From the NCBI GenBank assembly GCA_964401135.1, contig CAYNXC010000003.1, positions 8,848 to 72,847 on the forward strand: a stretch of DNA of 64,000 nt, read 5' to 3'. Source of the DNA: an uncultured Candidatus Saccharibacteria bacterium. Its GTDB lineage: Bacteria; Patescibacteriota; Minisyncoccia; Phycocordibacterales; UBA9988. Below are positions 56,893 to 64,000 of the stretch, piece after piece. The notes beneath the pieces were generated by a model. The model was not told the DNA's origin, made no database searches, and worked only from the letters and a program-made list of their open reading frames with translations. The translations under genes and the position numbers were made by a program. The first letter of the stretch is position 1. Each line of letters begins with the position of its first letter.

Positions 56893-58779
56893 TTATTTTA
56901 CATCCGCTTCACGGATTGGTCCTTCAGGATTCTCCTTTGGTACTTCGTCACTGGTAGTAGCATTTGGAGTGGTTTTGCTCATCGCTTCACCTATCTTCAT
57001 CATCTCACTCGAGAGAGCATCGCTAGCGGTCTTGAGTGCCGCCTTATCAGAGCCGTCCTTCACACCCTTGAGAGCATTTATTTTTTCTTCTACACCTTTC
57101 TTTAAGTCGTCAGAGATTTTGCCTTCAGCATCTTTAATCGCTTTTTCTGCTGAGTAACAGAGTGCATCTGCCTGATTGCGCAGGTCTACTAACTCACGTT
57201 TCTCCTTATCTTCTGTGGCGTGAAGCTCGGCATCCTTTTTCATCTTTTCAATGTCCTCTTTAGAGAGAGAGGACTTTGCCTCGATGCGAATTGACTGTTC
57301 TTTGCCAGTTGTTTTTTCTTTTGCCGAGACCTTGAGAATGCCGTTTGCATCAATATCAAAGGTCACTTCTACTTGCGGTAGTCCGCGCGGTGATGGAGGA
57401 ATACCGTCTAAGATGAAGCGTCCTAGTGTCTTGTTATCACCTGCCATCTCGCGCTCACCTTGAAGCACATGGATCTCTACGCTGGTCTGATTGTCTGCCG
57501 CAGTAGAGAAAATCTGTGAGCGAGAGATCGGCACGGTGGTATTTTTTTCTATCACCTTAGTAGACACTCCACCTAAGGTCTCAATACCAAGCGAGAGAGG
57601 AGTGACATCTAAGAGAAGTACATCCTTCACATCTCCTTGGAAGATACCCCCTTGAATGGCGGCACCGATAGCCACTACCTCGTCTGGATTGATGGAGCGA
57701 TTGGGTTCCTTACCGAATAAGATCTTAACTGCTTCTTGTATTGCTGGCATACGAGTCTGCCCTCCAACAAGGATCACCTCATCAATGTCGCCGAACTTGA
57801 GTCCCGAAGCGTCTACAGCACGTCTACAAATCTCTATAGAGCGATCAATGTACTTCTTTGCAATAGACTCAAGTGCCGCACGGTTCATCTTGAGCAGTAG
57901 GTGCTTAGGGCCGTTTGCATCAGAAGTAACAAAGGGGATATTGATCTCAGTTTCAGTTGCAGTAGAGAGCTCGTGCTTGGCCTTCTCTGTTGCCTCCTTG
58001 AGCCGTTGGAGTGCTAGCTCATCTTTGCGTACATCAATGCCGGACTCTTTTTGGAACTCTGCCGCAATGTAGTCAATGATGTCGTGATCAATGTCTTCAC
58101 CTCCCATGTGCGAGTCACCGTCGGTAGACTTCACCTCAATGGACTGCTCATCGTCACCAGTCACCTCCAAGACTGAGATATCAAAGGTGCCGCCACCAAA
58201 GTCATAGACTACAATCTTCTCGTTCTTCTTTTTATTAAAGCCGTAGGCCAGCGCGGCTGCGGTTGGCTCGTTGATAATACGGCGCACGGTAAAGCCCGCG
58301 ATCTCACCAGCATCCTTGGTTGCTTGGCGCTGTGAGTCATCAAAGTATGCGGGAACAGTAATTACTGCCTCGTCTATCTTCTCTCCCAACTTCGCCTCTG
58401 CGTCCTTCTTAAGTTTCTGCAGAATCATTGCAGAGACCTCCTCTGGGCGATGGTGCTTCTCGGCAAGGGTCACCTTAACACCGCCGTCATCTGATTTGGT
58501 GATCTCAAAGGGCACCGAGCTGCGATCCTTTGCCACTTCAGAATCATCGTAACGGTGACCCATCAGGCGCTTGATGCCGTAAATAGTATTTTTAGGATTG
58601 GTGACTGCCTGACGCTTAGCCAGGAGTCCAGTAAGTCGTTCTCCATTTTTTGAGAGCGCAACAATAGAGGGCGTAGTGCGGTTGCCTTCTGCGTTCTCAA
58701 TAATCTTTGGTTCACCACCTTCAACCACAGCCATTGCAGAATTAGTTGTGCCCAAATCAATACCAATTATCTTTGCCAT
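56893..58779 (-). CDS. dnaK: Chaperone DnaK
   Basis: [38 protein letters not shown]. Confidence 0.98.
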   Translation of the reverse strand: MAKIIGIDLGTTNSAMAVVEGGEPKIIENAEGNRTTPSIVALSKNGERLTGLLAKRQAVTNPKNTIYGIKRLMGHRYDDSEVAKDRSSVPFEITKSDDGGVKVTLAEKHHRPEEVSAMILQKLKKDAEAKLGEKIDEAVITVPAYFDDSQRQATKDAGEIAGFTVRRIINEPTAAALAYGFNKKKNEKIVVYDFGGGTFDISVLEVTGDDEQSIEVKSTDGDSHMGGEDIDHDIIDYIAAEFQKESGIDVRKDELALQRLKEATEKAKHELSTATETEINIPFVTSDANGPKHLLLKMNRAALESIAKKYIDRSIEICRRAVDASGLKFGDIDEVILVGGQTRMPAIQEAVKILFGKEPNRSINPDEVVAIGAAIQGGIFQGDVKDVLLLDVTPLSLGIETLGGVSTKVIEKNTTVPISRSQIFSTAADNQTSVEIHVLQGEREMAGDNKTLGRFILDGIPPSPRGLPQVEVTFDIDANGILKVSAKEKTTGKEQSIRIEAKSSLSKEDIEKMKKDAELHATEDKEKRELVDLRNQADALCYSAEKAIKDAEGKISDDLKKGVEEKINALKGVKDGSDKAALKTASDALSSEMMKIGEAMSKTTPNATTSDEVPKENPEGPIREADVK

Positions 58780-58790
58780 AACATCTCTTA

Positions 58791-59372
58791 TTATTGTGTA
58801 ATATGCGACCCAAGCATCACTCGCGCCGGAGCGAGCACCCGTTCATGAAGTAAGTATCCTCGCTTTTGTACACCTTGCACTGTCCCTTCATGGGAGAGAT
58901 CATAGACCGGTGCCGTGCCAACGCTCTCATGCAACAGAGGATCAAAGGTATCGCCTATTTGTGGGTCTATCGCCGTAATACCATAATCAGAGAGCACCTT
59001 CATAAACTGCGAATGGATATATTCTATACCAGTACGCCACTCTTTAGAAACACTCTCCCAACTCTCACGGTTACTAAAGGCCATTTGGAAGCTCTCTTCT
59101 ACCGCGAGGAGGTCGTTCAAGAGCCCTTCGGTAGCGTACTCGCGCACCTTACCGTGCCGGGCCTCCTCATCTTTTTTGTAGTTGGCAAGGTCCGCCTTCA
59201 TCCGCTGCCAGCCATCAAGGTACTCTTTCCGTTCCGTCTCCGCGTGTTTCAACTTTTCTTTTAATATGTGAATCATCTCTTGAGGATCTTTGAGTGCGGC
59301 GGCATCGGAGTCACCAAGCTCCGTCTCTATTGTGATGTCATCCTCTTCTTGTGCTCTATGTTTCTCATTCAT
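58791..59372 (-). CDS. grpE: Nucleotide exchange factor GrpE
   Basis: [22 protein letters not shown]...RVLAPARV; upstream of dnaK. Confidence 0.94.
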   Translation of the reverse strand: MNEKHRAQEEDDITIETELGDSDAAALKDPQEMIHILKEKLKHAETERKEYLDGWQRMKADLANYKKDEEARHGKVREYATEGLLNDLLAVEESFQMAFSNRESWESVSKEWRTGIEYIHSQFMKVLSDYGITAIDPQIGDTFDPLLHESVGTAPVYDLSHEGTVQGVQKRGYLLHERVLAPARVMLGSHITQ

Positions 59373-59425
59373 GCGGCTGGTAGTATATGCTATTAAAACA
59401 CTTCTGTCAAGTCTTATTCCAAGAC

Positions 59426-59452
59426 AAAAGCCCTCCCATGTATGAGAGGGCT
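59426..59452 (-). terminator. Intrinsic terminator of the Zn-ribbon unit
   Basis: AGCCCTCCCAT/ATGAGAGGGCT stem (one G-U pair on the minus strand) with U-tract. Confidence 0.7.
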
Positions 59453-59479
59453 GAATGATGGAAGTGAGACTTCCACATC

Positions 59480-59680
59480 TTATACAGTTTCTGCAGGTTC
59501 TTGCGGAGGGAGGCAGTCTATCTCGGTCTTATGCCCGCAGTGGTCACACACAGAGAAAAGTCTATCTTCCTCCAGAATAATCTCTTCCGCTGGTTCCGGA
59601 TAGCCACTGCCACAAGTAGCACAGATGACTCCTGTCTGCCATTCACCACCAAGAGCTCTACCCCAGTAAGTTTGAAACAT
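59480..59680 (-). CDS. Small acidic Zn-ribbon protein (66 aa)
   Basis: CATCG...CDHCG; AAGGAGG 9 nt upstream; own promoter and terminator. Confidence 0.7.
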   Translation of the reverse strand: MFQTYWGRALGGEWQTGVICATCGSGYPEPAEEIILEEDRLFSVCDHCGHKTEIDCLPPQEPAETV

Positions 59681-59689
59681 CCTTATATT

Positions 59690-59751
59690 CCTCCTTTTCC
59701 TAAGATCTATACGCTATCTCCTATTATAACACATCCAATATAATAAAACAA
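59690..59751 (-). promoter_or_regulatory. Promoter, weak boxA-like motif and SD
   Basis: TTGTTT(59751-59746)-17nt-tgtTATAAT(59728-59723); AGATCTTAGGAA(59708-59697); AAGGAGG(59696-59690). Confidence 0.65.
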
Positions 59752-59847
59752 GACCCCACCAAACGGTGGTGTTTTTGTGGTAATGATTACCGTATGCACA
59801 TAACCCTACCAAAGATGGGACAGTCAGCGTCATCTCGCCACAGAGGA

Positions 59848-60258
59848 CTAACGTTTAGACCATTGAGGAGACTTCCTAGCTTTCTTGAGGCCGAACTTGC
59901 GACGCTCTTTTTGACGCGCATCAGAGCTCAAGAGCTTCTCCTTCTTCAGCACGGTGCGGAGTTGTGTCTCTCGTGCCGCAAGAGCACGCGCAAGACCAAG
60001 CGAGATCGCTTCACCCTGTGAATGGATGCCACCGCCACGCACATGCACGGAGATGTGGTACTTATCTACTACTTCTTCAGCTACAAGTGGGCGCCGCACA
60101 ATCATACGGAGCATGTTTGTTTTAAAATACTCATCTACAGGGAGCTCGTTGACCTCAAAGGCAGCCCTAGCACCAGGGGAAATGCGCACACGAGCAACAC
60201 TCGTCTTTCTGCGACCAATGCCCTCCGTATATCCTGTCTTGCTTGCTTTTTCTACCAT
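59848..60258 (-). CDS. rpsI: 30S ribosomal protein S9
   Basis: GRRKTSVARV, RQKERRKFGLKKARKSPQWSKR. Confidence 0.97.
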   Translation of the reverse strand: MVEKASKTGYTEGIGRRKTSVARVRISPGARAAFEVNELPVDEYFKTNMLRMIVRRPLVAEEVVDKYHISVHVRGGGIHSQGEAISLGLARALAARETQLRTVLKKEKLLSSDARQKERRKFGLKKARKSPQWSKR

Positions 60259-60261
60259 ACA

Positions 60262-60606
60262 CTACTCTTTAATAGTAAGGTTATTCATCATACTAGAACG
60301 CAGACGATTATGAGGGAGCATCCCCAATACCGCTTTCCGCAATAATTCACTCACTCCCTTCCTGCTACGCAGCTGCGCAAGCGTCTCCTTCTTCTCCCCT
60401 CCGGGGAAATGGGAGTGCCGGCGGTAGGTCGTCCCTCTTGCACGCTGTTCGGTAATCTTAAGCTTCCCAACATTTGTTACAGTCACCGTATCAGTAGGGA
60501 TAAGATGCCGCTCAAAGCTCGGATGACTCTTTCCGCGCAGAAGTACAGCAACATCGCTTGCGACGCGGCCTAAAGTTCTCCCTGTTGCATCAATATTGTG
60601 TTGCAT
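60262..60606 (-). CDS. rplM: 50S ribosomal protein L13 (short, 114 aa)
   Basis: IDATGRTLGRVAS, LRGK, HSHFPGG, AVLGMLP. Confidence 0.94.
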   Translation of the reverse strand: MQHNIDATGRTLGRVASDVAVLLRGKSHPSFERHLIPTDTVTVTNVGKLKITEQRARGTTYRRHSHFPGGEKKETLAQLRSRKGVSELLRKAVLGMLPHNRLRSSMMNNLTIKE

Positions 60607-60607
60607 A

Positions 60608-60958
60608 TTATACAAATTCAATCAGCGCCATCTCACTCGCATCCCCCTCTCGTGCGGGAAGCTTCACAATGCGGGTGTAGCCGCCCTGCCTCTCTTTATA
60701 CTTGGGGCTAATCTCTTCTGCAAGTTTCTTGGCCTCAGCCTCCCGCCCCAGACGAGAGACGAGTAGGCGTCGAGTCGCAAGACCTTCTCGCTTCCCCAAG
60801 GTCACTAGCTTTTCTATCAGCGGGCGCACTTCTTTGGCACGAGCAAGCGTTGTGGTCATACGGCCCTCATTAATCATATTGCGTAAGAGTGACCGCAAAA
60901 AAGCTGTCCGCACTTTGCGCTCTCTACCAAACTTCCGTTTTGTGTCGTGATGCCGCAT
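60608..60958 (-). CDS. rplQ: 50S ribosomal protein L17
   Basis: MRH...KFGR, TTLARAKE, RQGGYTRI. Confidence 0.97.
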   Translation of the reverse strand: MRHHDTKRKFGRERKVRTAFLRSLLRNMINEGRMTTTLARAKEVRPLIEKLVTLGKREGLATRRLLVSRLGREAEAKKLAEEISPKYKERQGGYTRIVKLPAREGDASEMALIEFV

Positions 60959-60967
60959 ATCGTGTAC

Positions 60968-61924
60968 TTATTTTAGTATGAGCCCGTAGTGTTCCAGTGC
61001 TGTTTTAATTTCTTCTAATCCCTTCTCCCCCAATCCAGAGATCTCCAATAGGTCTTCTTCCCTCTTCTTTGAGAGTCCTGCGATTGTGCGGATACCTGCC
61101 GAGGCCAAAGCCTTTTGGGTGCGGACAGAGAAGTTAAGATCATCAATCTTCACCTTAGCAGGATCAGTGGTAGCAGACGAGAGAGATGCCCCATCATTCA
61201 TCTCATGTGTGTCCTCATCGTAAGTCTCGCGGCCTTCAAAACCGATGATAGCCTTGAGTTGAACGATCATGGTCTCAATAGAGCGCTCAAGCGCCTCGCG
61301 AGGTGTAATGATACCATCTGTCTCAATAGAGAGTTTGAGTCGGTTATAGTCCGTGCGATTCCCAACACGCATATTCTCAACTTCGTAGTGCACTTTACGG
61401 ATAGGAGTAAAGACAGCATCCAACGCAATAATGCCTACCTCCACTTTCTCACGATGGAGAACCTCCTTGGATACATAGCCAAGTCCGCGCTCAACAGAGA
61501 GTTCCATGGAGAGTTCAGAATTTTTCTCTGTGAGTGTTGCGATAACCTGATCAGGATTCATTACAGCGACCTGTCCAGGGATCTTCAAATCAGCGGCGGA
61601 AACCGTGCGCACACCTTTTACTGAGAGGGAGATGGCCTGAGTCTCATCGGTAGAGAGCTTGAAGCGAATTTTCTTCAGATTGAGGATAATCGCTATCACA
61701 TCCTCCTTCACACCAGAGATTGTTGAGAACTCGTGGTTTACCCCGTCAATCCTTACTGAGGTGACTGCGGCGCCTGGAAGTGATGATAGGATGATACGGC
61801 GCAGAGAATTTCCGAGCGTATGTCCATAGCCCGGGTACAGACCCTCTATTTCATACACGCCAGAGTTGCCCTCCTCGCGGATGACTCTTGGCTTTGACGG
61901 CATGATGATGGTGAAATCTGCCAT
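60968..61924 (-). CDS. rpoA: RNA polymerase alpha subunit
   Basis: GYGHTLGNSLRRIILSSLPG, HEFSTI, alphaCTD with GLGEKG. Confidence 0.98.
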   Translation of the reverse strand: MADFTIIMPSKPRVIREEGNSGVYEIEGLYPGYGHTLGNSLRRIILSSLPGAAVTSVRIDGVNHEFSTISGVKEDVIAIILNLKKIRFKLSTDETQAISLSVKGVRTVSAADLKIPGQVAVMNPDQVIATLTEKNSELSMELSVERGLGYVSKEVLHREKVEVGIIALDAVFTPIRKVHYEVENMRVGNRTDYNRLKLSIETDGIITPREALERSIETMIVQLKAIIGFEGRETYDEDTHEMNDGASLSSATTDPAKVKIDDLNFSVRTQKALASAGIRTIAGLSKKREEDLLEISGLGEKGLEEIKTALEHYGLILK

Positions 61925-61950
61925 AGTGTAATAATTACGCTAGTAAGGTT

Positions 61951-62562
61951 CTAAACACGACTATAAAACTCGATAATGGCTCCAAAGTTAATGTTAGCCT
62001 CTGCCTGCCCAGCTCCGGGTGTCCCTCGTACCACTCCTTCCAACTTTGTAAAATCAACAGAGAGCCATTCTGGGAGTACATAACCTTTGTTCCGTTCCTC
62101 AATATTTTTAAAAATGCCATTCACCTTACTCCCGCCACGTACGCTAAGCAGATCTCCCTGCCGTACCTGATACGATGGGATGCCCATACGGCGGCCGTTC
62201 ACTTGGATGTGGCCATGCGCCACCACCTGGCGAGCGAAAAGACGCGAAGGTACCAGCCCCATACGGAAGAGGACATTATCTAGACGAGACTCAAGTTTTT
62301 GGTAAAGGTAGAGTGATGGATTCTCTTTGCCTACAGATTGGGACTCCTTCACATAGCGAGAGAACTGTCGCTCTGTCACACAATATGAGAAGCGCGCCTT
62401 CTGCTTCTCTAAGAGCTGGAGACCGTACTCTGTCTTTGGCCGCGGAGGTCGCTTAGTGCTACGACGCTTGGTGCCAGAAATAGCAAACTTAGTAGTTTGG
62501 CACTTTGGGAAGATGCGGTCGCCGACCATGCGGCTAATTTTATACTGTGGTCCAATCTTCAT
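61951..62562 (-). CDS. rpsD: 30S ribosomal protein S4
   Basis: EYGLQLLEKQK, LESRLDN, ARQVVAHGHI, IEFYSR. Confidence 0.97.
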   Translation of the reverse strand: MKIGPQYKISRMVGDRIFPKCQTTKFAISGTKRRSTKRPPRPKTEYGLQLLEKQKARFSYCVTERQFSRYVKESQSVGKENPSLYLYQKLESRLDNVLFRMGLVPSRLFARQVVAHGHIQVNGRRMGIPSYQVRQGDLLSVRGGSKVNGIFKNIEERNKGYVLPEWLSVDFTKLEGVVRGTPGAGQAEANINFGAIIEFYSRV

Positions 62563-62565
62563 ACG

Positions 62566-62997
62566 CTATACTCTTCGCGGCTTTTCCGCTCGTGGCCCAT
62601 TGTGAGGGACAGGAGTGGTATCCGTAATTGAATTAATGGTAAATCCACGAGATGCAAATGCGCGCATCGCGGACTCGCGCCCCGATCCAACGCCCTTGAT
62701 CTTTACATCGATCTCCTTCAATCCCATAACCTCCCCCTTCTCTGCAAGGAGTTCTCCCACTTTGGCTGCAGCAAAGGGTGTCCCCTTTTTAGCTCCCTTG
62801 AACCCCAGACTTCCTGATGAAGACCATGCAATTGGATTACCCTTACCATCGCAGAGTACCACCTTGGTATTGTTGTAAGTTGCTTCAATACTCAAAATGC
62901 CGTACTCAAGTTTGCGACGCGGCAGTTTAGCAGCGGCGCGTGTCTTTGCTCCCAGATCTCCCTCGGTTCCACTTTTTGCAATGCGTTTCTTTCCCAT
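62566..62997 (-). CDS. rpsK: 30S ribosomal protein S11
   Basis: ATYNNT, GFKGAKKGTPFAA, DTTPVPHNG. Confidence 0.97.
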   Translation of the reverse strand: MGKKRIAKSGTEGDLGAKTRAAAKLPRRKLEYGILSIEATYNNTKVVLCDGKGNPIAWSSSGSLGFKGAKKGTPFAAAKVGELLAEKGEVMGLKEIDVKIKGVGSGRESAMRAFASRGFTINSITDTTPVPHNGPRAEKPRRV

Positions 62998-63022
62998 AAA
63001 TATTTATAGTGAGCTCGTTGAA

Positions 63023-63406
63023 CTACTTCTTCTCAAGCTTCTTGCGACCAGAGCCCATCGTCTTTCTCACATTACCACGCACAGTGCGCGAATTTGTCTT
63101 TGTCCGCTGTCCGCGTGCTGGGAGACCACGGGAGTGTCGTGAACCACGGTACGAGCGGATATCCTTCAGTCGGCGGATGTGTGCAGAAATTTCGCGTTTG
63201 AGATCACCTTCAATCTTGAGCGCGCCTTCTATCACTTTTCTAATACGCTGTTCCTCTTCGGCAGAGAGCTCTTGTGATTTCTTGCCGTAGGGGATTTTTG
63301 CGGAGTCAAGAATCGTGTGAGCTAGAGGGCGACCGATACCATAAATCGTCGTCAGGGCAATCTCCAAGCGCTTCCCGTCTGGGATGGTAATTCCTGCAAT
63401 ACGCAT
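63023..63406 (-). CDS. rpsM: 30S ribosomal protein S13
   Basis: MRIAGI, IYGIG, YRGSRH..GLPARGQRTKTNSRT. Confidence 0.97.
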   Translation of the reverse strand: MRIAGITIPDGKRLEIALTTIYGIGRPLAHTILDSAKIPYGKKSQELSAEEEQRIRKVIEGALKIEGDLKREISAHIRRLKDIRSYRGSRHSRGLPARGQRTKTNSRTVRGNVRKTMGSGRKKLEKK

Positions 63407-63408
63407 AC

Positions 63409-63525
63409 TTATCCTTGCTTTTGCTTATGGCTCGGTTTTGTGCTGCAAATGACATACAGTCTGCCCTTGCGTCGCACTGTCTTACATTTACTGCATCGTG
63501 GTTTTACCGATGACCGTACATTCAT
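63409..63525 (-). CDS. rpmJ: 50S ribosomal protein L36 (Zn-binding form; missing from the ORF track)
   Basis: Translated by hand: [38 protein letters not shown]. Confidence 0.96.
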   Translation of the reverse strand: MNVRSSVKPRCSKCKTVRRKGRLYVICSTKPSHKQKQG

Positions 63526-63535
63526 AAAATAATTC

Positions 63536-63754
63536 TTATAGTCTCCTGGTGATGCGGCCCTTCTCGCCATACTGATCAAGAAGTACCTCTACGCGGTCAC
63601 CGACGAGGACTCTGATACGGCTAATCCGCATCCGCCCTGCCAGATACGCAAGTACTTCATTGTCGCCGTCAAGTGCGACACGAAAGATAGTATTTGGCAG
63701 TGCCTCTAAGACCGTGCCAAGTACGGTGGCCCTTTTGTTGCCTTCTTCTTCCAT
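63536..63754 (-). CDS. infA: Translation initiation factor IF-1
   Basis: [34 protein letters not shown]. Confidence 0.96.
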   Translation of the reverse strand: MEEEGNKRATVLGTVLEALPNTIFRVALDGDNEVLAYLAGRMRISRIRVLVGDRVEVLLDQYGEKGRITRRL

Positions 63755-63802
63755 CAACAAGCTACCCTGCGCATAGTATCACAGTCTTAAAATTAGTCAA
63801 AC

Positions 63803-64000
63803 TTAGAAGCTTTTTGCTTGTTCTATGAATATCTTTTCAGTATCCGTGGGGAATCTACCCACCCATGAGGGAGAAAAACTGACCTCCGCACGTTTAATAG
63901 CTGGGTAGGCACTGAAAATGGTACCGTACTCTTTTTTATCCTTACCTGCCAAACGTGATTTGAGCTCCGTCTTGTCAAAGGTGTAGACAAGAGAGGCAGT
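63803..64000 (-). CDS. C-terminal end of an unknown protein running off the window
   Basis: Open frame TASLVYTFDKTELKSRLAGK...YPAIKRAEVSFSPSWVGRFPTDTEKIFIEQAKSF then stop. Confidence 0.65.
   Translation of the reverse strand, partial: TASLVYTFDKTELKSRLAGKDKKEYGTIFSAYPAIKRAEVSFSPSWVGRFPTDTEKIFIEQAKSF

Noticed and set aside
1-64000. CRISPR arrays, transposases, prophage genes, rRNA, introns, recoded TGA
   Set aside because: None seen; core genes are uninterrupted and TGA acts as a stop codon

Overview
A 64-kb segment of a small, gene-dense bacterial chromosome. The gene content points to Patescibacteria/CPR, probably Parcubacteria-like: short ProRS, archaeal-type AspRS, a reduced dcw cluster, and standard code 11 with TGA used as stop. 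Most of it is housekeeping: translation (aaRS genes, the infA to rpsI ribosomal operon, frr, def/fmt, hpf), replication and repair (priA, holB, dnaB, recR, scpAB), envelope and division (murA/F/G, mraY, ftsW/I/L, mreBCD, mrdA, mraZ), chaperones (grpE-dnaK-dnaJ) and one tRNA-Glu(CTC). I saw no CRISPR array, transposase or prophage. The most striking pattern is two classes of expression signal. About 20 core or conserved genes appear leaderless or near-leaderless, with a -10 box 6-9 nt before the start codon and no Shine-Dalgarno (SD) sequence. Seven single-gene units wedged between them share another layout: sigma70 -35/-10, a boxA-like motif 9-15 nt downstream, a strong SD, an orphan or degenerate protein, and an intrinsic terminator. 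Their cargo is a PIN-PhoH with altered motifs, a pseudo-receiver, two small Zn-finger proteins, a NUDIX enzyme and two unknowns. Other oddities include a helicase-dead PriA, a divergent PyrD, a secreted transglycosylase-like gene with a terminator in its leader and a probable ATA start, and recurrent A-S/T-S/T-S/T motifs in exported proteins. All calls come from reading the sequence by eye; no database searches were run.
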